This document shows positions 35,584-44,626 of a stretch of DNA of 64,000 nt, one piece after another. Positions within the stretch are counted from its first letter, which is position 1. The number at the start of each line of letters is the position of its first letter. A program made the translations under genes and the position numbers. Source of the DNA: Patescibacteria group bacterium. Its GTDB lineage: Bacteria; Patescibacteriota; WWE3; UBA101185; UBA10185. The stretch is taken from contig BPJL01000002.1 in NCBI GenBank assembly GCA_026004595.1, positions 65,431 through 129,430 of the forward strand, in the 5' to 3' direction. The notes under the pieces were generated by a model. That model searched no databases. It was given only the letters and a program-made list of their open reading frames with translations, and had not been told where the DNA came from.

Positions 35584-37069
35584 CCCGGTTTTGTACTTAA
35601 TAATTTTTTTGGCGCTTGTGTTGCGGTTGGCTGGGATTCAACACGGGTTTCCTTTCATTTTTCATCCAGATGAGCCTACCATCGTGCGTTCTGCTTTGGG
35701 GGTAAGGTTTGATGCAAATCCAAAACATTTTGATTGGCCGCACCTTTTTATTTACGCTAACTTTTTTGTGTATAAGGGGTTTGCAAAGGTGCGAGATTTG
35801 GCGGCTGATTACAATATGCAAAATCTTTTTATTAAAATGTTTCCCTTGATGTGGGATGATAGGTTGGTTTTTTACTACATAACAAGAGTTTTTGCCGCAC
35901 TGCTTGGTGGGTTGACTGTAGTACCGATTTATAAAACAGGTAAAACCCTTTTTGGAGAAAAAGTAGGTTTATTATCGGCCCTGGCATTTGCGCTTATTCC
36001 TTTTCACGTTTGGCATTCTCATTATTCTCTGCCTGACGCTCCCATGTTGTTTCTTATGGCTTGGGGTGTTTACTTTGCCGCGAGAATTCTTGTATTTGGG
36101 TATGCATTGGACTATGCGTTAAGTGGTTTTTTCATTGGTTTAGCGGCCTCTACAAAGTATAATGGAGGTCTAGGGGCCATTGTGGTGCCTTTGGCAGCAT
36201 TTTTGAGGTGGGCAACGGCCAAGATGAAGTTGACGGATTTTCGAGAAGATTTTCCCTATTTCCGGGCCTTTTTGAATCTATTGCTGTCCGCAATTTGCGC
36301 CGTAACTGGCTTCGTTTTAGGAACACCGTATTCAGTTTTGGATTTTAAGACTTTTACCCGAACAGATGGCCCCCAGGGGGCTTTATGGCAGTTCAAGAAT
36401 GTGGGGTCCATTCCATTTAGAGAGCACTTTGGCAAGTTTTTTACTGATATAAGTTTCAAAATATCTGATGATTTGGGATATACAATTTTGGTTGCTCTTT
36501 TCTTAACCTGTGGGTTAATCTTTGTGAGATTTTTAAAGAAAACATTTTCTAAGTATGATTTGTCACTTTTGTTTTTAATAGTTCCAGCATTTACGCTCAT
36601 TTATTACATTTCGGGTTTTGAAAAGAGTCGTTCGCAATACTATTTTATTACTTACCCTTTTGTGTCTATTGTGTTTGGATATTTTTGTGTCTGGGTTACA
36701 CATAAAATGAGATTTGCTAAAAAAATATTTTCTATCCCCCTTGTCCTGATTTTGTTTTGCCCTTTGCTTTATATGTCGGTTTTCAACTCAATCAGATTTT
36801 TGAGAAACGATACGAGAATTGATCTGTTTAAATTTTTGCAGACTGAAGTGCCGATCGGTACGAAAGTCGTTTACTTAAGTTCAGATGCTGAAGATGTAGT
36901 TAGATATGTTTTTACTGATGCTGTGAAAAGTGCAGACGTGCTACCCAAGGGGACAAGGTATTATCTGATAGAGCTGAATAAAGGGGTATCCTCGGGAAAG
37001 GCTATATTTGAGGTTTCAAATAAAGGCAGAATAGGGCCTTATATAACCGTTGAGGAAAGGATAAAGTGA
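35567..37069 (+). CDS. Polytopic GT-C-fold glycosyltransferase (GT39/PMT_2-like)
   Basis: HPDEP after TM1, NPKHFDWP, SHY..PD and STKY motifs. Confidence 0.82.
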   Translation: MSRKTSPVLYLIIFLALVLRLAGIQHGFPFIFHPDEPTIVRSALGVRFDANPKHFDWPHLFIYANFFVYKGFAKVRDLAADYNMQNLFIKMFPLMWDDRLVFYYITRVFAALLGGLTVVPIYKTGKTLFGEKVGLLSALAFALIPFHVWHSHYSLPDAPMLFLMAWGVYFAARILVFGYALDYALSGFFIGLAASTKYNGGLGAIVVPLAAFLRWATAKMKLTDFREDFPYFRAFLNLLLSAICAVTGFVLGTPYSVLDFKTFTRTDGPQGALWQFKNVGSIPFREHFGKFFTDISFKISDDLGYTILVALFLTCGLIFVRFLKKTFSKYDLSLLFLIVPAFTLIYYISGFEKSRSQYYFITYPFVSIVFGYFCVWVTHKMRFAKKIFSIPLVLILFCPLLYMSVFNSIRFLRNDTRIDLFKFLQTEVPIGTKVVYLSSDAEDVVRYVFTDAVKSADVLPKGTRYYLIELNKGVSSGKAIFEVSNKGRIGPYITVEERIK

Positions 37070-38652
37070 TGTTTGCTGCAATCAAAAAAGTAAAACTTGA
37101 GCTTCTATTTATTTTGTTTTTTGTGCTTACAAGAATTCCGGATCTGGGCAATGATATGTTCAACACTGATGTATGGAAGTGGAAAGCTAGAAGCTATGAT
37201 TTTGGCACGGGTGTATTTACGTGGAATTTAGAAAAAACAATCCAAAAATATCATCCTGGGGTTACTCTTATGTGGCTGGGGACCGCAGCGATAAAAGTCT
37301 ACAATCTGTATTCCGAATATTATCCGGCAAAAGACGTGACGGAAATGACTTTTCAGCTTCACTTTGTTCAAAAAATATTTGTTGTTATAGCAATAAGCAT
37401 TTCTTTGGCGTTTTCATTTTACGTTTTGAGAAAAATATTCGGGGCGAGAAAGGCAGTAATTGCAATGGTGTTGTTGTCTTTAGAACCCTTCAATATTGCT
37501 CTGACCCGCGTTTTCCATTTAGAAGGTTTAATGTCAGGTTTTATGCTTGCCTCCTATCTTTGGGTATTTTTTTACACATTAGACCACTCTAAAAAAGAAC
37601 GACTAGCTGTTAGTGCAGTATTTGCGGGTCTGGCTGTTCTCACTAAAACTTCTGCTCTATTCATGCTTCCGTATGTTGGATTGATATTGCTTGTAGAAAC
37701 CGTATCTGTAAAAAAGAGTCTCAAATGGTTTTTATCTAGAATGGGAACGTGGGTACTGCTTTTTGCGATGACATTTATTCTTTTTTGGCCCGCCATGTGG
37801 GTCTTTCCGGGCAAGGCACTGGCGGCCGTATATAGGGGAATTTCTGACATTGGGATAGAAAGGGAGCACATTCAGTTTTACTTCGGAAAATTAGTTGAAG
37901 ATCCCGGCCCATCCTACTATTTTGTTGTTATTGCTTTGCGGTCATCGGTTCTTTTGGTTGTCGGAATAATAGGGTTGGCGTTTTTTGGGAAAAAAGTATT
38001 TCCTATGGAAAGGAGAAGGTTTTTTATCTACTCGTTTCTTTTCGTCGTTTTTTATTTTGTTCAGCTCACGATTCCTGCAAAGAAACTTGATCGCTATATA
38101 CTTCCGGATATCCTAGTTTTATCTTTATTAACCTCATTTTTTTGGATTTGGGTATTTGAAAAGATAAAGGGAACTGGTCTTGTAAAATTTGCTCCGCTTG
38201 TTATTGCGGCTGTGATACCCAGCTTATACCTTCATCCCGATTATTTTTCCTACTATAACCCTATTTTTGGAGGCCTCAAAAAAGGAATTGAAGTTATCGA
38301 GCCTAAATGGATGATAGGAACAAGAGAGGTTGTGAGATATTTTGACGAGAGGGGGTTCAAGCGAACATTCGGTGATATTTCTTTTGAAGAGTTGGCATCT
38401 ACTTATCAAATAAACAATGCTCTTACAGTCGGTTTTCAGGAAAAATATTATACTCAAATATTCCCTTTCTTTCGTAGAATTGGCGGGTACGCGGTGATAG
38501 AGGACTTGACGCCTTTTGCCGTAAAAACAAGGTTTTTTGTATACCCGGTTTGGGATGATATTTCCTCGCATGAAACGAGATTTAGTTTGGAATATGTAGG
38601 CACTATAGATGTAAGGGGAGTAGAAGTATATCGTGTGTATGAAAGAAAATGA
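37066..38652 (+). CDS. Polytopic GT-C-fold glycosyltransferase, paralog of 34015-35583
   Basis: NTD, YHPGVTLMW, LTK and KKLDRYILP motifs. Confidence 0.8.
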   Translation: MMFAAIKKVKLELLFILFFVLTRIPDLGNDMFNTDVWKWKARSYDFGTGVFTWNLEKTIQKYHPGVTLMWLGTAAIKVYNLYSEYYPAKDVTEMTFQLHFVQKIFVVIAISISLAFSFYVLRKIFGARKAVIAMVLLSLEPFNIALTRVFHLEGLMSGFMLASYLWVFFYTLDHSKKERLAVSAVFAGLAVLTKTSALFMLPYVGLILLVETVSVKKSLKWFLSRMGTWVLLFAMTFILFWPAMWVFPGKALAAVYRGISDIGIEREHIQFYFGKLVEDPGPSYYFVVIALRSSVLLVVGIIGLAFFGKKVFPMERRRFFIYSFLFVVFYFVQLTIPAKKLDRYILPDILVLSLLTSFFWIWVFEKIKGTGLVKFAPLVIAAVIPSLYLHPDYFSYYNPIFGGLKKGIEVIEPKWMIGTREVVRYFDERGFKRTFGDISFEELASTYQINNALTVGFQEKYYTQIFPFFRRIGGYAVIEDLTPFAVKTRFFVYPVWDDISSHETRFSLEYVGTIDVRGVEVYRVYERK

Positions 38653-39929
38653 TGATATACAGATTGGTGGAAAAACTAAAGACAAATAAATATCTCATGG
38701 GTACAGTTTACGTAGGCGCCGGAAGCGTGATAGCGGCGTTTTTTTCTTATCTCCTTCAATTTGTTTTTGGAAGAATATTATCGGTTGCTGATTTTGGCAC
38801 GTTTAACGCTCTCTTGTCTCTTTCATATTTGATAGGCGTGCCAGCCGGTGTGTTTGGAGTTTCATTAATAAAACATGTTTCCTTCCTTTCAGCGGAGCAG
38901 GATTCAAAGAAGCTCACAGCTCTGTATTGGAAGCTTATTTTATTATCGCTCTTATTTGGGTGTTTCGTGGCTTTCGCAATTTTTTTATTGAGGCACACAA
39001 TTTCTGATCAGCTAAAAATTTTTGATACCTCCTTGATATTAATGTTTGGCATTTTGATGGGAACTTCTTATGTTGGCGCAATTCAATCATCTTACCTTCA
39101 AGGGCTGTTAAGATACAAGGCGTTCGCATTTTACAGTGTAATGTCTAGTTTTTACCGTTTTTTTATGGCTGTCGCGGCTGTTTTGCTAGGGTTCAGGCTT
39201 GCGGGGGCATTCGGAGGCATGCTTTTGGCTGCAGCAGCGGGTTTTTTGACTGCCTACCTTTTGTTGAAAAGAAACCTTACTACCTTTGAAAACCTTAGTC
39301 TAATGCAGGATTACAAAAAAATTATACTCTTTAGCGTTCCCGTTATGTTTGTCCAGTTCGGACTAATGGTTCTAAACAATGTTGATGTGATTTTGGTTAA
39401 AAAATATTTTGATCCTGATATGGCTGGATATTATGCCGGCACAGTAACATTGGGAAAAATATTTTTGTTCGGGGCAGGAGCTGTGGCTACCGTAATGTTT
39501 CCGACAATCTCTTCATTGGCTGCAAGGGGGTTGAACTATGGCCGGGCTTTTTTTAAATTTTTATCCCTTCAACTATTTTTGGTTGCGTTAGGAATAATTG
39601 CATTTTCTATTTTTCCGTCTTTGATTACGCACCTTTTCTTTGGTGAAAGATTTATAAACTCTGTCGCATACCTCCCAAGATTTTCTTTTTTTATCGGGCT
39701 GTATGTAATAATTAACTTTCTGGTAGTGTTTTTCTTGGCTATAAACAGAACTTCTGTATTTTTGATGCTCATTCCGGGACCGATTTTTCAATTCATACTC
39801 ATAAACAATTCCCACAAGGACCTTTTTCAGATAATTAACGCAGATATTTATGCTGGTATAATCACCCTAGTGTTACTTGTTGTATTTTTTGTAACTTTAA
39901 ACAATGGCAAAAGAACGGAAGAAATCTAG
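38649..39929 (+). CDS. Wzx/MOP-family oligosaccharide flippase
   Basis: RILSVADFG, DVILVK..F...AGYY and VMFP motifs; about 12 TM. Confidence 0.85.
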   Translation: MMIYRLVEKLKTNKYLMGTVYVGAGSVIAAFFSYLLQFVFGRILSVADFGTFNALLSLSYLIGVPAGVFGVSLIKHVSFLSAEQDSKKLTALYWKLILLSLLFGCFVAFAIFLLRHTISDQLKIFDTSLILMFGILMGTSYVGAIQSSYLQGLLRYKAFAFYSVMSSFYRFFMAVAAVLLGFRLAGAFGGMLLAAAAGFLTAYLLLKRNLTTFENLSLMQDYKKIILFSVPVMFVQFGLMVLNNVDVILVKKYFDPDMAGYYAGTVTLGKIFLFGAGAVATVMFPTISSLAARGLNYGRAFFKFLSLQLFLVALGIIAFSIFPSLITHLFFGERFINSVAYLPRFSFFIGLYVIINFLVVFFLAINRTSVFLMLIPGPIFQFILINNSHKDLFQIINADIYAGIITLVLLVVFFVTLNNGKRTEEI

Positions 39930-40737
39930 CAAGCTTGTTTCTATTATCGTCCCTGCCTATAAACAAGAAAAAACCATTATGCAAGATCTAGAGAATATAG
40001 TGGACACCATGCTTCAAACGCGGTGGAGATTTGAAATTATTGTTGTTGTGGATGGGTTAATAGATAAGACGTATGATATTGCCAAATCCTTAGAAAGTAA
40101 GTTGCTCAAAGTTTACGGGTACGAAACAAATAAAGGCAAGGGGTACGCGATAAGATATGGTATGGCGAGAGCCGAGGGGGACTATATTTCTTTTATAGAC
40201 TCCGGAATGGACATAAACCCCAACGGGATATCAATGCTCTTGGAGCACATGGAATGGTACGGGGCGGATATAATTGTGGGGAGCAAGGAGCACCCGGTTT
40301 CTTTGGTGAAATACCCTTTTATAAGAAAAATTTACAGCTGGGGTTATCACACGTTGGTTTTTTTGCTGTTCGGCATAAAAGTAAAAGACACACAAACCGG
40401 TTTGAAAGTTTTTAAGAGAGAAGTGCTGGAAAAAGTTTTACCAAGGCTTTTGGTTAAAGCATTTGCTTTTGATGTTGAACTTTTGGCCGTTTCTTACTAT
40501 TTAGGGTATAAAAAAATATACGAGGCGCCTGTATCCGTTAATTTGGACTTTTCCAAATCTTCATTTTCTCCGTTTTTTATTTTTGATAAAAATATAAGGA
40601 AAATGATTCTCGACACATTTGCCATTTTTTATAGATTATTCATTCTTAGGTACTACGATGATAAAAGCAAAAGAAAATGGGTGTATGATAAAGAATTGGA
40701 AATGAGAGTGAACACCGGAGAAATTAATAATGATTAA
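39904..40737 (+). CDS. GT2 glycosyltransferase (polyprenyl-phosphate sugar synthase-like)
   Basis: NKGKGYA, DTQTGLK and FAFDVELL motifs. Confidence 0.88.
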   Translation: MAKERKKSSKLVSIIVPAYKQEKTIMQDLENIVDTMLQTRWRFEIIVVVDGLIDKTYDIAKSLESKLLKVYGYETNKGKGYAIRYGMARAEGDYISFIDSGMDINPNGISMLLEHMEWYGADIIVGSKEHPVSLVKYPFIRKIYSWGYHTLVFLLFGIKVKDTQTGLKVFKREVLEKVLPRLLVKAFAFDVELLAVSYYLGYKKIYEAPVSVNLDFSKSSFSPFFIFDKNIRKMILDTFAIFYRLFILRYYDDKSKRKWVYDKELEMRVNTGEINND

Positions 40738-41743
40738 ATTCAGCGTAATAATTCCCGTTAGAAAAATTAACGAGTTTTTGAAAGAGAATATTTCTTACCT
40801 TAAACAGTTAGCTTACGAAAACTTTGAAGCTATAATCATTACAGACGAAGAAGAAAAGTTTGATTTTGGGGATGATCGTTTCTTGTTAATTTCATCCGGT
40901 CCCATCGGTCCCGGAGAAAAAAGAAATTTAGGAGCTTCCAAAGCAACGGGAGAAGTTCTAGCGTTTTTGGATGATGACGCCTATCCGCGAAGTGACTGGT
41001 TAGATAAGGCGGCCGAGCTTTTTTCAGACCCCCAAGTTTACGCCGTCGGAGGCCCTGCAGTTACCCCTGTAAATGCCAAGTTTATGGAAAAAATGTCGGG
41101 GAGAGTCTTAGAGTCACCCTTGGCCAGCGCAGGGACCATTTACAGGCATATTCCGGGAAAAAGAGTGGAAATTGATGACTACCCCACGGTAAACCTGCTC
41201 GTAAGAAAGGTCGATTTTGATAGGGTAGGGGGCTTTTCCAAGGAATTCTGGCCGGGGGAGGATACCAAGTTTTGCCTCGATCTGGTTAAGTCTAAGGGCA
41301 GAAAGTTTATATACGACCCTTCTTTGGTTGTTTTTCACCATAGAAGAAGCCTTTTTATCCCCCACCTAAAGCAAATTTCCCGATATGGACGCCATCGGGG
41401 GCAGTTTGCCCGCCTTTTCCCTGAAACTTCCCGGCTCCCGGCCTATTTTGCTCCCTCTTCGTTTCTTTTAGGGTTGCTTGCGGGACCGGTTTTTTGTCTA
41501 TTTTGGCCTTTTTTGTGGCAGTTGTATTTGGGCGCCCTTCTTTTTTATTTAATTCTTTTGATTTGGGAAGGCCACAAAATTTATGAGAAGGATTGGAGCA
41601 TGTCCGGCGCTTTTTATGTAATGGCGGGGATATTTCTGACTCATATAGTTTATGGATCAAACTTCATTGTTGGAATTCTCAAAAAACCGAAGCTAAAATT
41701 AAGAGGAGTGGATAAATCCACAGGTAATTATCTAGGAGGCTAA
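40730..41743 (+). CDS. GT2 glycosyltransferase with C-terminal TM helices
   Basis: RNLG, FLDDD, GGF..GED and HHRR motifs. Confidence 0.88.
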   Translation: MIKFSVIIPVRKINEFLKENISYLKQLAYENFEAIIITDEEEKFDFGDDRFLLISSGPIGPGEKRNLGASKATGEVLAFLDDDAYPRSDWLDKAAELFSDPQVYAVGGPAVTPVNAKFMEKMSGRVLESPLASAGTIYRHIPGKRVEIDDYPTVNLLVRKVDFDRVGGFSKEFWPGEDTKFCLDLVKSKGRKFIYDPSLVVFHHRRSLFIPHLKQISRYGRHRGQFARLFPETSRLPAYFAPSSFLLGLLAGPVFCLFWPFLWQLYLGALLFYLILLIWEGHKIYEKDWSMSGAFYVMAGIFLTHIVYGSNFIVGILKKPKLKLRGVDKSTGNYLGG

Positions 41744-41745
41744 TT

Positions 41746-42003
41746 ATGGAGAAAATTTCTGTTTACAAAAATCCAAATTCAAAAGTAGTGATAAAAGTAA
41801 TAAACGACAAGTGCATAAGCGCCGCGACTTGCATAATTCATGCGCCCGAAACTTTTGACCTTAACGATGAAGGAATAGTTTACGCGAAAGAAGGTACTTG
41901 GAATGAAGCCGAAAAAATAATTAAAGCTGCGAAGTCGTGCCCCACTACAGCGATAATCATTGAAGACCTAGAAGGAAATGTTTTGTACCCCGAGAAAAAA
42001 TAG
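41746..42003 (+). CDS. Single-cluster ferredoxin (CxxAxxC...CP; likely 3Fe-4S type)
   Basis: CISAATC..APETF...AAKSCPTTAI; GGAGG SD upstream. Confidence 0.85.
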   Translation: MEKISVYKNPNSKVVIKVINDKCISAATCIIHAPETFDLNDEGIVYAKEGTWNEAEKIIKAAKSCPTTAIIIEDLEGNVLYPEKK

Positions 42004-42021
42004 ATGCATATCAATATGTCC

Positions 42022-42050
42022 TTGAACATTAATACAGTTTTTAATATACT
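42022..42050 (+). promoter_or_regulatory. Sigma70-type promoter, leaderless, for the radical SAM gene
   Basis: TTGAAC-17 bp-TATACT, then 6 nt, then GTG 42057. Confidence 0.7.
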
Positions 42051-42056
42051 AAGCAG

Positions 42057-43658
42057 GTGAAAGTAGCCATAGGGTATCCCCCTTTAGAACAAACCAAAGG
42101 TGTTCCTCTTCTGTCTCAAAATAGGCAGTTTCAGTATTTTAACGCGCCCACCTACATTTACCCCATGGTTCCGGCTTATGCCGCGTCTTTGGCCAAGGAA
42201 AAAGGCTACGATGTGGTGTGGATGGATGGGATTGCCGAGAAAAAGACTTACGGCGAATGGCTCCACGATCTTGAAGCGGAAAAGCCGGATTTGCTTATGA
42301 TAGAGACCAAAGCTCCGGTTATTAAGTCTCATTGGAAAATAGTTAACGAGCTTAAAAAGAGGATGCCTGAAATGATTGTTGTGATGGTAGGAGACCACGT
42401 AACATGGAACCCCACAGAAACTTTAGATGAGTGTGGAGTTGATTATATTATTACGGGGGGAGACTATGATTTTTTGCTGTCCGATTTACTTGAGGCTTTG
42501 AAGTCAAAAAGTTATCTTCCGGGCGGAATTTACGGAAGAAAAGGTGACTCACGGGTGTCAGTAGATCCTAAATGGCTAAAGTGGCACAAATCTGAAAAAG
42601 GTGAGTATTGGCAGAGCGGGCCGTTGGAACTTCAGCATAATCTTGACGAACTTCCATTTGTCGACCGAGATCTTACAAAATGGTGGCTTTATGCCTACGA
42701 AAATGGAAACTACAAATACACCCCGGCGACTTATATGTACTCGGGGAGAGATTGCTGGTGGAATAGATGCACTTTTTGTGTTTGGGACCACACCTTAAAT
42801 CCACAAGGGTTTTACAGAAGATTTTCACCAGAGAGATTGTTTGCTGAAATAAAACATGTGGTAGATAAGTACAAAGTGAGAGAAATATTTGACGATGCGG
42901 GAACGCTGTTTGTCGGCCCACCTTTGAAAAAGTTTTGCGAGCTCATGATTGAGTCGGGTTATAACAAGAAAGTGGTATTGGGATGTAACATGAGGTTGAA
43001 CGCACTGACATCGGAGTATTACGAATTAATGGCTAAGGCCAATTTCAGGTTCATTTTGTATGGTATGGAGTCGGCAAATCAGGAAACTTTGGATAAGTTG
43101 GATAAAGGGTTAAGAGTAGAGGAAATAGAGGAAGGTGCCAGAATAGCAAAAAAGGCAGGTTTGGAACCGCACATAACAGTTATGCTCGGTTACCCTTGGG
43201 AAACAGAGGAGATGGCGTTGAACACTATAAATCTAGCTAAGGAGCTGTTCAAAAAGGGCTATGTTGATACTATGCAAGCTACTGTGGTTGTTCCTTATCC
43301 GGGAACTCCTCTCTACAAGGAGTGTGTAGAAAAAGGATGGCTTCAGGTTGACCCAAAAGATTATGAGGCTTTTGATATGAGAAGACCGGTAATGAAAGTA
43401 CCATTTTCAAACGAACGTTTGCATGAACTAACTCAGGCTTTATATTCTTCATTTTTCACGCCTCAATATATTTTTAGAAAGATTAAGTCCATAAGAAATT
43501 GGAACGATGTAAGGTTTCTATGGTATTCGGCATGGAAATTATTCGGGCATCTTTTAGATTTTGATAAAGAACAGACAAAAGTGAGCTGGTGGTCGCCTAG
43601 GTTTTGGATAAACGCTGGTAAAGTTATGTTCGGGCATGTTGTTCCGAAAAGAAATTAA
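42057..43658 (+). CDS. Radical SAM enzyme with N-terminal B12-binding-like domain
   Basis: GRDCWWNRCTFC (CX4CX2C), GMESANQETL, MLGYPWET and PYPGTPLY motifs; N-terminal KPDL...VMVGDHVT...VDYII Rossmann-like domain. Confidence 0.88.
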   Translation: MKVAIGYPPLEQTKGVPLLSQNRQFQYFNAPTYIYPMVPAYAASLAKEKGYDVVWMDGIAEKKTYGEWLHDLEAEKPDLLMIETKAPVIKSHWKIVNELKKRMPEMIVVMVGDHVTWNPTETLDECGVDYIITGGDYDFLLSDLLEALKSKSYLPGGIYGRKGDSRVSVDPKWLKWHKSEKGEYWQSGPLELQHNLDELPFVDRDLTKWWLYAYENGNYKYTPATYMYSGRDCWWNRCTFCVWDHTLNPQGFYRRFSPERLFAEIKHVVDKYKVREIFDDAGTLFVGPPLKKFCELMIESGYNKKVVLGCNMRLNALTSEYYELMAKANFRFILYGMESANQETLDKLDKGLRVEEIEEGARIAKKAGLEPHITVMLGYPWETEEMALNTINLAKELFKKGYVDTMQATVVVPYPGTPLYKECVEKGWLQVDPKDYEAFDMRRPVMKVPFSNERLHELTQALYSSFFTPQYIFRKIKSIRNWNDVRFLWYSAWKLFGHLLDFDKEQTKVSWWSPRFWINAGKVMFGHVVPKRN

Positions 43659-43700
43659 AAAGAAGCCGCGGGGTTTTGCTAAATGTAGCCGCGGCTTTTT
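43657..43700. terminator. Bidirectional terminator-like hairpin between convergent genes
   Basis: AAGCCGCGG (43663-43671) pairs with CCGCGGCTT (43689-43697); A-tract before and T-tract after. Confidence 0.75.
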
Positions 43701-43707
43701 ATGAAAA

Positions 43708-44001
43708 TCAATTCAAGCTATCGATAAGGTGAGTCATAATGTGTATCGGGACAAAGTGTTTAGCGATCAGGTCTTCCCTATTAATTTCAATCGGGACAAA
43801 ACCTTTTGGAATTGTTCCAATGTCGACGAGAAATTTTGTCCCATATTTTCGTACACATACCACAGAGAATCGGCTTGAGCCAGCTTTAGTGCTCACACGA
43901 GAGTTTTTATTTATGTAGAGTCTTCCCTTGTGGGTTACCAGCGCTCCAGGTGATGCATATCCTGTATCTCCATCTTTCATATCCCGAAGCCAGTATTCCA
44001 T
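43708..44001 (-). CDS. Hypothetical 97-aa protein (small paralog family, copy A)
   Basis: ORF with AAGGAGG SD; aligns by eye with the neighbouring 97-aa ORF. Confidence 0.75.
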   Translation of the reverse strand: MEYWLRDMKDGDTGYASPGALVTHKGRLYINKNSRVSTKAGSSRFSVVCVRKYGTKFLVDIGTIPKGFVPIEINREDLIAKHFVPIHIMTHLIDSLN

Positions 44002-44019
44002 GTTTCCTCCTTGTTTAGT

Positions 44020-44313
44020 TTAGTCGGGATCAAATCCCTTTGAAAGGAAAGTCTTTCTTTCTGTAACCGGGATGTAATTTGCGGTCTGCAGCTCTTCAAG
44101 AGTAATCTCTCGGGGTTCCAGATTCTCTAGATCATCTCCAAGAGCGTAAAGATTTGGCCCAATGCGCTGGACCATGACGCAATTTTCAATTCGGTTTTCA
44201 AAACACATTGTCTCACGGTTAACAAACAGACCGTTATCTTTGTTTAAAACTATTGCATCCCGCGGGATATGAGATATCTGCCCATCTCTCAACAAACGGA
44301 TCGGTTTCTTCAT
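44020..44313 (-). CDS. Hypothetical 97-aa protein (copy B)
   Basis: Start moved to ATG 44313 (MKKPIR), preceded by AAGAGGTGG SD. Confidence 0.75.
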   Translation of the reverse strand: MKKPIRLLRDGQISHIPRDAIVLNKDNGLFVNRETMCFENRIENCVMVQRIGPNLYALGDDLENLEPREITLEELQTANYIPVTERKTFLSKGFDPD

Positions 44314-44324
44314 ACCACCTCTTT

Positions 44325-44543
44325 TTACCAGACAGAGAACAAGATGTGTGGTTTGTCTGTACACTTATTGTTCTGTTTCAAGACTGAAACAAAACGTCTT
44401 TGTTGGTTGGGACGGTCGGGTTCAAATACGATTTTGTTGGTTTCGGCAAAAACGATGTAGTCTTCGCTTTCAAATATTCCTACTGTCTGGCCCAACTTTA
44501 TGGCTTGTTTCAAATCTTCAGGACTGGCGAACACTACGCACAT
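44325..44543 (-). CDS. Hypothetical 72-aa protein (possible diverged copy C)
   Basis: AAGGAGG SD upstream; first gene of the minus-strand cassette. Confidence 0.65.
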   Translation of the reverse strand: MCVVFASPEDLKQAIKLGQTVGIFESEDYIVFAETNKIVFEPDRPNQQRRFVSVLKQNNKCTDKPHILFSVW

Positions 44544-44588
44544 TTTCTCTCCTCCTTTTCTGATTTTGATAGCTTGATTTCTAGCGGT

Positions 44589-44619
44589 AGTTTAGCAAAA
44601 AAGTCTGTTATAGTAAAAT
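44589..44619. promoter_or_regulatory. Overlapping divergent promoters
   Basis: Minus strand: TTTACT-17-TAAACT with a TG extension. Plus strand: TTTAGC-17-TAAAAT, 7 nt before ATG 44627. Confidence 0.5.
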
Positions 44620-44626
44620 TGACAAG

